Assembly: GCA_018780435.1 (NCBI GenBank)
Contig: JADMJS010000204.1
Coordinates: 9,957-73,956, forward strand
DNA: 64,000 bases
Direction of reading: 5' to 3'
Source of the DNA: Myxococcales bacterium
GTDB taxonomy: Bacteria > Myxococcota_A > UBA9042 > GCA-2863065
Shown here: one piece after another, positions 1 through 11,600 of the stretch
Position numbering within the stretch: position 1 is the first letter of the stretch
Layout of the letters: the number at the start of each line of letters is the position of its first letter
Program-made: the position numbers and the translations under genes
Notes under the pieces: model-generated
The model's database searches: none
Told to the model about the DNA's origin: nothing
What the model saw: the letters and a program-made list of their open reading frames with translations, nothing else

Positions 1-208
1 CCTGTCGTGCCCTTCGCCAGGATTGCCGCGTGACGGCGTTCCACGCCGCTGAGGCCAACTTGGTCACTAAGCGGCGACGTTCAGCACTTTCTCCCGCCGC
101 CTGTCTCAAGGGGTCCTGGTACTTTGCGTTGCGGCTCACGCAGCCTTTCGACTCACCCAGGGCCAACTATGAGGGGATGGCTCAGGGTCAGAGCCACAAG
201 AACTGCAC

Positions 209-1420
209 CTACACTCTGCTGACGGATTCCAGCAGACGCAGAAGTTTCTTCTCGCTTGAGAGCTTCCGCGAACGTTGTCCGGAGAGCCTAAGAAGCTGAG
301 CCTCCGCCGCAACCAATGTGCCGGTCTCCATGGTTCGCGACACTGGGTTCCAGAGTACATGATGCCAGGCTTCCTTCAGTATGTCCATCTCCGCGGTCAA
401 CAGCACGCGGATGGCATCCCGCATTGGTGTCCCCCGTGCAACCAGAAGCTGAAGCGCCCTGGCAAAGGCCCTCTGGCCTGCCGGTCGAAAGAGCAAGTGA
501 TTGCGCTCGGTTGTTCGAAAATCGCCTGGCTGCCCGGTTGCCTTCTGAAAAACCTGTATGTATTCGGGCACACATTCTAAAAGAGCGTCAAAGTAGCTGA
601 AGCAAAATCCGAAGTGGTTGTCGATTGCCTCGTCGCTCGGACGTTTCTGCTCAAAATTCTCGTCCCCACCGTACAAATCTTTCACCAGTTCAAACAACCC
701 CACTACGCTGGTGATCGCGTGTACTTCGGTGGGTGGAAGTGCCCCCGTACTTGCATAGAGCACTCTCTTGCCCTCATCGGAGAAGAGCGGGTGAGCGTCG
801 ATGAGGCGACGAGTCACGACTGCGAAGCCGTTGTCCTCGTCTAGCGCGATCGTTTGCGTACGCGCGATCGGCTTCGCCTTCTTGTTGACCGTTGTAAAGA
901 GCCTCCGAGTACGCGCCATTCCCACTTCGGTACTCGGATCGTGGGCAACGAAAATTGCGCTGACGGAATCACCTCTCAACACGGAGTCCACAGGCTCTTC
1001 CGCAAGCGCAAGCTTGATGCCAGCAACACGGTGTTGGCCATCGATCGCGAACAGTTTCTCGCCCCCGAAGAGGTGCAGCAACCCGAGTGCTCCTTCAATG
1101 CGCAACAGTTGTTCCTCCGACACCTCTTCGTGTTCCGGGATTTTCACCTTTAAAGGGTTCCAGTCGGGAGTTCCGCCGTACACGCCGACGATCAGTGAAC
1201 CAAGGAATCGTTGAGGCGACGTCCTTATGTACGCCTCGATTGCTTCTGCGTGTGCGCGGATAGCCGCACGTTGAATCCAGTCGGCCAATAACTTTCGCTC
1301 GTGAATCTCGTCTGGCGCTTTGATAAGCGCGGCGACTTCCTCGAAAGTCAGGGTTGTGACATAGAAGTTCCAGTCGCCAACGCGCGAGCGGATTGCGGGG
1401 AGCAACGTCAATGTCTTCAT
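209..1420 (-). CDS. DGQHR-domain protein (DndB-like, ParB/sulfiredoxin fold), 403 aa
   Basis: Track ORF. It has a literal 'FAIDGQHRVAGI' DGQHR motif and a full DndB-like length. The ATG at 1418-1420 overlaps the stop of the upstream gene (ATGA). The TAG stop is at 209-211. Local G+C is much lower than in the rest of the window. Confidence 0.85.
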   Translation of the reverse strand: MKTLTLLPAIRSRVGDWNFYVTTLTFEEVAALIKAPDEIHERKLLADWIQRAAIRAHAEAIEAYIRTSPQRFLGSLIVGVYGGTPDWNPLKVKIPEHEEVSEEQLLRIEGALGLLHLFGGEKLFAIDGQHRVAGIKLALAEEPVDSVLRGDSVSAIFVAHDPSTEVGMARTRRLFTTVNKKAKPIARTQTIALDEDNGFAVVTRRLIDAHPLFSDEGKRVLYASTGALPPTEVHAITSVVGLFELVKDLYGGDENFEQKRPSDEAIDNHFGFCFSYFDALLECVPEYIQVFQKATGQPGDFRTTERNHLLFRPAGQRAFARALQLLVARGTPMRDAIRVLLTAEMDILKEAWHHVLWNPVSRTMETGTLVAAEAQLLRLSGQRSRKLSSEKKLLRLLESVSRV

Positions 1421-1989
1421 GGGAATGCCCTCTGTCGACTACTTGTCTCTGCCGGGAACTCTTTGTTGAAGTGGGGCAGAAGCGCCTCCAACATTCGGTC
1501 CTCCAAGCTCTCGGCGTCGGCCACCGTCGTGGTTGTCGTATACAGGTAGCGAAGATGGCCGTTCCAAACGTTCACCATTCGCCAAATGTGGGGTCGATTA
1601 CTCACCGAGCGGCGCTTGCCAAGCTCAGACACGTACGCGCTAAGCCGGGCTTTTAGGCTCGTAGCTTTACCGACATATAGCAAACCGCTCGCCTGAGGAA
1701 GATTGAACAAATCGGGGCGAACAATGAAAACATATACACCAGACGATTCTGGCACATCGCCCCTGGTCTTCGGTGGAAATTCCAGTTCAGTCCAGGTGTG
1801 AATCGAAGATGTGGCGTTGGCCCAGGCCTTGGTTGAGTACTGCATCCTGACCTCATACAGCGCTCCATCGAACGCGAGCTCACATATATCAGACAAGACA
1901 TCATTACTAAGCCCCGCAGTGGGCAAGTTGATCACAACAGGGGTCAACGATGTGTTGGCCGCCTGAGAGGTCGGAGTCTGCGAGGTCAT
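1417..1989 (-). CDS. GIY-YIG nuclease-domain protein, 190 aa, with an unassigned ~80-aa N-terminal region
   Basis: The motifs 'GVYVFIV...LLYVGKATSLKARLSAYV' and, later, 'AESLEDRMLEALLPHFNKE' match the UvrC-type GIY / YVGKA..L..R / E...P.(Y/F)N pattern. A GGAGGA Shine-Dalgarno sits 8 nt upstream of the ATG at 1989. There is a 4-nt overlap with the DGQHR gene. Confidence 0.75.
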   Translation of the reverse strand: MTSQTPTSQAANTSLTPVVINLPTAGLSNDVLSDICELAFDGALYEVRMQYSTKAWANATSSIHTWTELEFPPKTRGDVPESSGVYVFIVRPDLFNLPQASGLLYVGKATSLKARLSAYVSELGKRRSVSNRPHIWRMVNVWNGHLRYLYTTTTTVADAESLEDRMLEALLPHFNKEFPAETSSRQRAFP

Positions 1990-2266
1990 GGTCTGATTCC
2001 TCCACCGAGGTCTTGAGCAATCGCGTTCACATCTTCACCTCGTTATCATCGCCAAAAAAGGAAACTTGCGCAAGGACCAGCCCAGGCCAGATCGCCCATG
2101 GGCCGACTCGAGCCCCTGCCTCGTCCCCACCGGGAATGAACTCGGCCCGTGAGAACGCGAGGACATACTGCACACTTGCCGTGGCCGGAGCCTTGGCCAG
2201 ACGGAGGCGTTCCTCGAATCACGATGTCATGACGGCGAGCTATCGCTTGGCGGAGCAGAGCCCTTC

Positions 2267-2593
2267 TCAAGGAATTCGGGCGGCTGTCACGAATCGGAGC
2301 CTGAGACCACTTACGACGTCGGTGGTGGCGGCCACCATCGCGACGAAGATGCGCGTGAGCAGGTCCATCCAGCGCGGGTACCGTCGCTCTTCGCAGCGCA
2401 GCATGACCGCTCGGTAGAAGGCGAGCCGGGAGTAGGCGATGAGTCTAAGGATGACGATGAGGAGCGCGCCGACCGGAGCCACTTCGGTCCATCGGCGGTC
2501 GTCCTCGGCGAAGACGGTGTGGAAGGTGTGGTGACACTCGCCGAAGCGCGCTAGGAGCTCGTCTTCGACGTTCGAGTCTGGCGAGCGCCCCAT
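2267..2593 (-). CDS. hypothetical small membrane protein (108 aa from an internal ATG)
   Basis: This is the 3' part of track ORF 2267..2887, starting at the first ATG that does not overlap the giant gene (2591-2593). It has one clear hydrophobic helix ('VAPVGALLIVILRLIAY'). I recognise no family. Confidence 0.25.
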   Translation of the reverse strand: MGRSPDSNVEDELLARFGECHHTFHTVFAEDDRRWTEVAPVGALLIVILRLIAYSRLAFYRAVMLRCEERRYPRWMDLLTRIFVAMVAATTDVVSGLRLRFVTAARIP

Positions 2594-2609
2594 GACGACC
2601 TGAGAGCGC

Positions 2610-5600
2610 TCAGCGCACCGCCCGCCGCCGCCACAGCCCCAGCGCCAGCAGCGCGACGAGGCCCGCGACCGCGCCGCCCGGGAGGGTGGAGGAGTCCGTG
2701 GTGGCCGTTCGGCAGCCGCAGCCGCTGTAGGTAGGGATGGTGCCGCTCGAGGAGGTCGTGTCGGTGGTGCCGCCGTCGGCGTTGCCGAGGTCGTCCGAGG
2801 TGCCGTCGGTGGCGTCCTGGCCGTCTGAGCCGAGGTCGTCGTCTTGTTCGACCGGGGTGCCGGGGTCGGCGGCCGTGACGTCGTCACCTTCGTCGCCTGG
2901 GGGCATGGACCAGGCCGTGACCGGGATGGTTCGCGGGGTGGGTTCGCAGCCCGGGTCGGTGAGGGTGAGGGTGCCCTTGCGCTTGCCCGGGACGTCGAGC
3001 GGGTCGAAGGTCAGGGTGACCGTCGCGTCGCCCTGGGCGGGGACCGTGACTTCGACGGGGCTCTCGCCGGTGGGGGCCGTGATGGCGAACTCCTCGCCTG
3101 CGTCGCCGCCCGTGATGGCGACGGTGACGATGGCGTCCTTCGAGCCGGGGTTCGAGAGGGTGATGTCGAGGTCCTTGGTTTGGTCCCAGGCGACGTCGCC
3201 GAAGTCGATGAGCTCCGGGGCTGTGACGCAGCTGCCGCCGCGGCAGACGAGGTCGAGAGTGATGAAGTCGCTTTCGGCGTTCGCGTCGTCGCTGGCTTCG
3301 ACGTAGAGCTTGGCCGTGCGCTCGCCGACTTCGGTGGGCTGGCAGCGCAGCGTCAGGTCGAGATCCTGGCCGGCCGTGATGTTCCACTCGTCGTCGTCCG
3401 TGAGCGTGAACCAGGGGCCGTCCGTGGCGAGCTTGGTCGTGTCGGGGACGTAGCCCGGGGCGAGACTGCCGCCGATGTTCGTCGCCTTCACGGCCACTTC
3501 GCCGACGGCGCCGACCTCGACCACGCCGAAGTCGACGGGGTTCGGGGCGAAGACCACTTCGGGGCTCGACGACGCCGTGAATGGAATCCGCGTGACACCG
3601 CCGTCGGGGATCGCGAGGACGCTGTCCGAGGTGTACTCGAGGGTCGCGGTCCACGCGCCGGGGGTGGGCGGCGTGAAGGCGACGCGCACCACCGCCTCGG
3701 AGCCGATGGGGAGCACGCCGCTGTCCGGGACGTCGACGAGCTGGAAGACGGCCGCGGCTTCGTCCGGCGTGAGCGTCGCCGCGCCCATCTTCACGTTCGT
3801 GATGCGGAAGAGCGGGCCGCCCGGGGCCGCCGGCGTGATGGTGGCGTCCTGGCCGCCAGTAGACCGCAGGGTCAACGTCTCGAGGTCACCGGCGCCGACT
3901 GGGACCGCGAACCAGTTCAGGTTCTCGGGCGTAGGTGTGATGACGGGGCCCGTGAAGCAGCGGATGGTCGTCTGCGACGGGGCGGGCTTCGGCGCCGTCG
4001 AGAAGCTGAGGTTTGCACTGTGATCGCCGGCTGCCTGAGGCTTGCACGTGACGGTGAAGCGGTGGATCTCGCCGGGGGCGAGGTCCTTCAGGGCGCCCTT
4101 GTCGAGCTCGAACTGCTCGGGCGCGCTGCCGCCGAGCACGATGTTCGAAAGCGGCAGCGTCTCGCAGCCCGCGTTGCGGATGAGGAACTCACGCGTATAG
4201 GCCGTGCCCACCGCTTGCGGCGGAAAGGTGTAGCTCGACGAATCCGACAGGCCACCGGGCGTGATCACAAACTGAGAGGTCGTCCCGAGGAGGACCGGGC
4301 ACGTCACCGTCGGTCCATTGACGCCGCCGTGCGTAATCGTGACGCTGGTCTCGAAACAGCCGGTCGTGCCGGATTTCGGCGCCCAGCCGAAGTCGACGGT
4401 CAGGTCACTGCCAGCCGGAATGGGCTGGGCCGCGTCGCAGAGCGGGCCTTCGCAGGTGAGCTCCGGGAAGTCGAACTCAAGAGCCTCGACATTCAAGAAG
4501 CCCTGTCCGGCGTTTGAGAGCGAGATGCTGCCGCCGCCGCCGACCGCGGACCCGGGGGTGACACCTTGGATGTTGATGGGGCATCCCGACAGCCCGAGCG
4601 CGGCGGCTTCTTTGGTGAGCGGGTAGCCATCGGTGTCGTGGAAGCGCAGGTCGCCGTCGCCGGTATGCGCCGTGACGAGCTTACCCGCGTTGGCCGGCGT
4701 CGCGACGGCGACGGTCGACGTCACGACGAGCGCGCCCGAGCTGAGCTCGACACCGTTCACGACGCCGCCGTCACCGATGCTGGTGTTTCGCTGACCGGCG
4801 ACCGCGAAGGCGAGGATGCGGCTCGTGGGCAGGTCTACGATGCCGAAAGCAGGCTGAAGGTAGATGAGGCCGGCGGCGCCATACGCGCCAACGCCGGCGA
4901 AGCCACCGTCGTCTGAGATGTCGATGACGCCGCTGCCGACCTCCCCGAAGCCGGTGTCGAGACCGCCCGAAGCGGTCACGATGGCGATGCGGCCACGGTC
5001 GGAGTCGAGCACGGCGACGGATCCGGAGGGGACCGCGGCGATGGAGTCGAGGCTGGCGGACACGCCGCCGGTGACGGCCGAGGACAGGAGGATTCGTCCT
5101 TGAGCACCGAAGGTGGTGTCGAGCGCGCCCGCCGCGGTGAGGCCGAGGAGCTGGCCGCCTCGCGCGTCGAGCACCACGAAGGCGCCAGCGGCTCGGGCCG
5201 CGATGTCGCGCACCACGACACCGGTGCCCGCCGCATCGTCGACGCGGAGCACGCCGCCGCTCGGGTGCGCTTCCGCGAGCTGCCCATCGGTATCGATGAG
5301 GACCACCGCACCGGCGGACGGCGCGACGATCGCCTGGAGGCCGAGCTGACCGAAGGTGCGTACTTGCGCGCCAAAGTCGGCGGCAAAGGTCGGGTCGAGG
5401 TTCGCCGCGGCGTAAAGCGCGTCGAGATCGACCTGGCCGGGCCTCTCGCGTTCTCCCCACGGCGACAGAGCCGACGCGGCCCCTGCGGCGCCGGGATAGC
5501 CGTAGACGAGCGACCGGGCGCCCTCCTCGGGCTCGGCGGTCGGGTCGGCCGGCAAGCTCGCGGCGACAAAACCGCCGGTGCAGAGCTCGGCGAGGCCGCC

Positions 5601-8600
5601 GGTCAACCGGCCCGGCAGGTCGAACGCGCTCCCAGCGCCCGGCGGCAGGACGTTGGCGCTTCCGTTGAAGCCGTCATCGAAGGCAAGTCCGCTCCCCTGG
5701 ACGATCCGAAGAACGCCACCGTTCGGGTCCGGGTCGTTGCTGCTGAACGTCAGCTCCGTGCTGGCGACGCGCTTGCCGCCCGAGAGCGGGCTGTCGACGG
5801 AGACGAGGACCACGCGGGAGCCACCGGGTTCGAGGGTGGTCGCTCCGAGGTTCACTTGGTCGTCCTTCCAGACGGCCGACAGCGAGATACCGCTGCCGCT
5901 GCTGAGGAGGCCGCTGTCGATGATGAGCGGCGACGTGCCGCCGTTCCGAACGGTGACGTCGACCGTACCGGTCCCACGGCAGAAGTTCAGGACGGGGGGC
6001 GAGAGGTCGAGTCGCGGACCACTGTGGCCCGAGATGGGGACGAGGATGACCGGTCGCGCCGGATCGGAGGTCGAGATCCGCAGCACGCCGGGGTAGTCGG
6101 CGGCGGCGGCGGGGGACAAGGCGACGTCGATGAGGGTGGTGCCGCCCGGGTTCACCGTCACCTCGCCCGAGAAGGCCTTCGCGAGCGCGAGCCCGGCTTT
6201 GGCGCCGGTCGCGATGACCTCGGCGCCGGTGACCGTGAGCGGAAGACCTCCCTTGTTTCGGAGGGTTACGGTCTTGGTGGCCTTGGCGAGGGCGGGCACG
6301 GCGCCGAACTCCACCGCGATCGGGGAGACCGTCGCGGCGGCCGGCGTCGTACACTCAAGGCGAACCGGGACGGCCGGCGCGAGCGGATCGTCGGTCGCGA
6401 GACGCAGGACGGCGCCGTAGAGACCCGCCTTGTTCGGCGCGCAGACGACCTGCAGCGCGAGAGAGCGGCCCGGCTCGATGTCCACCGGCAGCGCGTCGAG
6501 ACCGCCAATGGCAAACGCGCCGGCGTCACCTTCGACGTCGAAGCCGAGGATTCGGAGCGAGGCGTCACCGGCGGCAGCGACGCGGAAGGGCAGCGCGAGG
6601 GTGGTCCCGACGGGCACCGAGCGGAAACCGAGGAAGCCCGTCCGTGGCTCGACGACGACGACTCGCGCGCCCGACTTGCCGGTGAGCGCGACGTCGATGG
6701 CGCCGTCTTCGACGCCCGTCTTCGAGTAGAAGGTGAGCGTACCCGCGTAGTCGCCGGGCGCCGACGGGTCGAAGGAGACCTTGACGCCGCTGCGCACTTC
6801 GCCCGGCTGAAGGACGTCGCCTTGGTTCAGGCCGACGACCTTGAACGCGGCCTGCGAACCGGACAAGAACCAGTTGATGGTGACCGGATCAGAGGGGCTG
6901 TCGTTCCGGACCACGAGCGGTAGCGAGACCGCCTGCCCCGCGACCGCCGCGCCGAAGTTGAGTTCGGTCGGGGAGACCGCGAGCGCGCCGCCCGTGCGGC
7001 CGAGCAGGTCGACGGTCGCCGATCCGGCGCTGCTCTCGACGCTCAAGACGGACGCGAAGACGCCGACCGTGAGCGGTTCGAACGCGAGCTCGATCACGCG
7101 GTAAGCTCCCGGCGCGATAGCAGATTCATCGAAAGTGGAGGTCTGCGTGAAGACGCCCGACCCCGTCAGGACCGGCGCGCTCGGGAGTACCGGCTCGGAG
7201 CCGGCGTTCACGAGCAAAGCCGAGCGCGTCGTGATGGTCCCGGCCGCACGAACGCCGAAGTCGATGACGCCGTCGGCGGCGACAAAGAGGAGCTTCGGGC
7301 CGGAAGAGCCCGAGAGGGCGACGGTGGCGAGCGTTCCGGCCGGGCCGGTGACCGTGAGGCTACCGGTGACGTCGCCCTTGCCCTCGGGTGCGAAGACCGG
7401 GAACACCGCCGTGGTGTCGCCTGGCGCGAGTGTGACGGCGGCGAGGTCGACCGAGAAGCCAGTCCCCGTGGCGCTAGCGCCGTCAATGGTCACGGGGGAC
7501 GACCCCGTGTTCTCGAGTACGACCGGGATCGTGCGGCTCGTACCCACGGCGACGGCGCCGAAGTCGACGGTGGATGGGGTAGCCGTGAGCAGGTCGCCCG
7601 AGCGGCAGACGAGCGGGATGACGATGTTGCTGCTGGCGGCTTGATCGGTCGCGAGCGCGAGCGTCCCAGTGAAGGTGCCGCGCGCGTTCGGGCTGCAGCG
7701 GACGGCGATGGACGCGCCGCTGCCGAGCGTTGCCGGGAAGACCGGCGCCGAGGCGACGCCAAATGCGAGGCTACCCGTGAGGCTGGCCGCGAGGAGACGG
7801 GCGCCGCCGGGGCCGCTGACCTGAACGGTTCGGTAGGCGGTCTGCCCAGCGGGGACGGCACCAAAGTCGAGCTCGGACGGCGTCGCGAGTAAGGTGGCCT
7901 GCGTGCGGACGCGGACCGGAACGGTGGCTGGGCCGCTGAGGCTCGTGTCGTTGGTCGAGACGCGGAGAGCGCCGAGGGACTCGCCGGCCTGGCCGGGGGT
8001 CACGAACACGCGCGCGATGATGGGGGCGCCACCGGGCGCGACGACGCCGGGGGTCGCAAGGACCTCGAAGCCGATGCCGACCGCATCGAAGCCGGCGACG
8101 ACGAGCGGCTGGCTGCCGACGTTCCCGATCGCGACCTGTCCGCACAACATCTTCTTGCCGAGCTCGGCGCCTTCGCAGGCGATCTCGGTCGGATTGACGG
8201 AGATGCGGGGCGCGTCGGCGCCAAGGAGCCCGATGACGCGCTGCGTCCCACCGCTGGCTGAGATGGTGACCGTGCCGGTGGCGTTTACGCCCGCCACCGG
8301 CACGAAGCGCACGGTGACGGTGATGGGGGCCTCGCCCGGATCGAGCGTCGTCGCTGCGATCGGCGGGTTGAGCGTGAACGCGCCGGCGGGGTTCGAGACG
8401 ATGGCGACGGACTGCAACGCGAGAGGGTCGGCGCCCGCATTACGCAGGGTGAACGACCGGACCGCGTCCTGGCCGGCAGCGACGGCGCCGAAGTCGATGA
8501 CGTTTAGGTCTGGGCTGACGACCAAACGACCGCCGGTGCTCCCCGTCAGGAGTACGCCGGTCCCAACCTCGGGGAGTGTGGGGTCGTTCGTCAGAATGCG

Positions 8601-11600
8601 GAGGAAAGCGCTCATCTGCGCTTCGATCTTCGGCTCATAGACGATATTCAGCGTTCGGGTCGCTCCGGCGGGGACCGTGATGGTGTCGGGCGCGACGCCC
8701 TGCACGGCGGCGAGGTGGAAGTCCGGCTGATCGAAGAGCGCGGTCACGACGAGAGGGACGTTGCCATTGTTGGTGACGTCGATGGACTTCGGCGCGCTGG
8801 TGACGCCGACCGGGACGACGCCGAAGGCGAGCTCGGGCGGCGGCTCGATCACGGCTTTGGGCAGCGCGACGTAGGGTTTGCCGGTGCGCTCGACGATGCC
8901 GATTCGGCCGCCCACCGTGTCTACGACGGCGATGCGCTCTTCGTCGACGGCCGCAAAGGCGCGCGAGAAGGTGGCGCCCGGGAAGGGGGTGTTGGCGTTC
9001 AGAGTACCGGCGTTGCCCCACTCCGTGTCTTGGCCCATGAGCGGGGTGATGAGCTTCGTGATGAGGCCGGTGCTGGCGTCGAAGTAGAAGATCCGATTCG
9101 TGCCGCCGACCCAGAAGGTGCCGCCGAAGCTCGGGAGCGCACCCGTGGCCGACTCGAAGGGCGCCTGTCCTTCGGGCGTGAAGGTGAAGACCTTGGTGGT
9201 CTGGGCGTCGGCGACGAGGAGCGTGCCCTTTCCGATGACGCCGACGAGATTGCCGACGCCGGTCGCGAGACCGCCGCCAACGACCGTGCCAGCGCCCTTG
9301 AAGACCAGCTTGCCGGTGCCGCCCGCGAACGTCGGATCGAGGACGCCGTCACGCGTGACGACGGAGAGCACGTCGTTCTCGGTGTCGCCCACGAGGAGCC
9401 CGTTGGCGGTCGCGACGAAGGCGGCTCCGAGGGTCGCCGACGGGGCGAGGAGCGAGCCGAGCTCAATGACGCCGTTCGTGCCGAAGTAGGGGTGGCGGAC
9501 GCCGTCGGCCCGGAGGGCCACGATCCGCTTCGCGCCGGGATCGAGGAGCGCGAAGCCGCCATCGGGCAGCTCGACCACATAGGGCCAGACACCATCGAGC
9601 TCGGGGAAGGCCGCCTTCACGTCGAAAGTACCGCCGTCGCCGAACCAGGGGTCGAGCGCGCCATCCGCCTGGATGACGGCGAAGCGGTTGCCGTCGCCCA
9701 CGCCGACGAGGAAGCCGCCAGTGGAGACGTGAAGGAACTGGTCGCTCCCGGCGAGATCGCCGTCGATGGGCCCACCGGCGGGCACGGTGACGTCGATGGT
9801 GCCCGTGAAGCCGAAGGGGAAGGAGGTGCCCGTGCCGGCCGCGGCGTGTAGCGTGATCGGCGGGCTTTCGGCGTCGTGTTCGACGGTGACGAGCGCGAAG
9901 TCCGTCCCGGCGCGAGTCGGCCGGTACTCCAGGGTGAGCGTCGTGGTCGCGCCGGGGGCGAGCAGGTTCACGAAGCTCGACGTGTCAAGGGTGAACGCGC
10001 TGCTGGCGGTCATGACGGGCGGCTGGAAGGTGATGGGCGTGAAGCCACGGTTGCGCAGGACGAGCGAACGAGTGCCCGTGTTCCCGGCCGCGACGGCGCC
10101 GAAGTTAAAGCCAGCCGGGGCCGAGCGGATCTCGGCGGTGGTGGTCGCCGTGATCGGGAACTCCTGCACGGAGTTGCCCGCGTCACTCGATGAGACGACC
10201 AGGCTGCCGGTGTAACTGCCTGGAGTCGTGCCGTCGAAGAGGACCTCGACCGAGAGGCGCTCGCCTGGCTGCAAGACGGCCGGTAGCGAGACCGGACCGC
10301 TCGAACGCGTGAGGGTGCCTCGCGTGAGCTTCCCGCCTGCGCTTTGGACCTGAACCAAGTTGATGGACAGGGCGGACGAGCCGACGCTGACGAGGTCGAC
10401 GAACTTCGAGTGGGTTGACGCGGAGACGCCCGTGAACGTGATGGGCGACGGGGTCACCGTGAGACGCGGGCCCGAGCTTCCGATGAGCGGGACGTTGAGG
10501 CCACCATCGATGCAGGCGTTGGATCCGAACACCAACGTTGCGAGCGACGAGCCCGACTGCTGGGGCGAGTACGTGACGTCGACCGTGATCGTCGAACCGG
10601 GAGGTAGGAACCGAGGCGGGGTGCCGAGGCCCGTGAGGTTGAAGGAGCCGCCGGGCGCGGTGGGCGTCGTCGGGATGCCGCCGGAGGTGAGGACGAGCGT
10701 GCCACCGCCGCGATTGGCGATGGTGACGCTGCGCGTGCGCGACTCGGCGGCCGGCACGGCGCCAAAGTCGATGGTCCCTGGCGACACGTCGAGCTCCGGG
10801 CAGTTCTTCCAGTAGTCCCCGAACTCATTCAAGACGTAGCCGCGCTGCTCGGCGACGTCGTGGCAACTGAAGCCGCCGCTCTCGAGCACGGAACAGTCGG
10901 CGTTGTTCGCCGAAAGACCGTAGGCCTGAAGGTAGACGAAGCCCGGCGCCGTGGGGGTGCCGACCGGCAGGTTCGGGTCGCGCAGCGCGAAGTTCTCGTT
11001 CGGACTGAAGGTCAGCGGGTCGGTCGGGTTCTCCCGGTAGTCCGCTCGGTACCAGCGCAACGTCGAGGTCGCGATGTCGAGGATCTGAAGGCCGCCATTC
11101 GGGTCGGCCATGAGTGACCACAGCGGCTCCTGGTTCGGGACCGGGTCCGGTGGCAGCCACGGGGTGAGACGTGACGCGACGATGACCGCGCCGTCGCGGT
11201 CGACCTCGATGAGCTCCTGTCGGGTGTTGAAGCGGTTGTAGACGCGGAAAGTCTCGCCGTCGGTCCAGAAGTAGTTCGAGTAGATGTCGAGGCCGCTGAC
11301 GCCCGGGGCGGTGCTGGCGTCGTAGAGGTCGATCATGCCGAGCGTACCGCCCGTGGGCGTCGCGTTGACGTTGCCGCCCCACTGGGGATCGAGCTTCCCG
11401 GTCACGAGCGACATGAGGACGATGCGCGCGTCCGCTCCGATGGTGAAGAAGGCCATCGCGCCGTCGCCGACGTAGCGGAACTGCTCGCTGTAGATGGTGA
11501 GGCCACCCGTGACCGGGAGCGTCATCTTGCGTGCGGCGCCGACCGTCGGCAGGAAGACCGCCGTACGGCTCGCCGTCTCGAAGACGACGTAACCGCCGCC

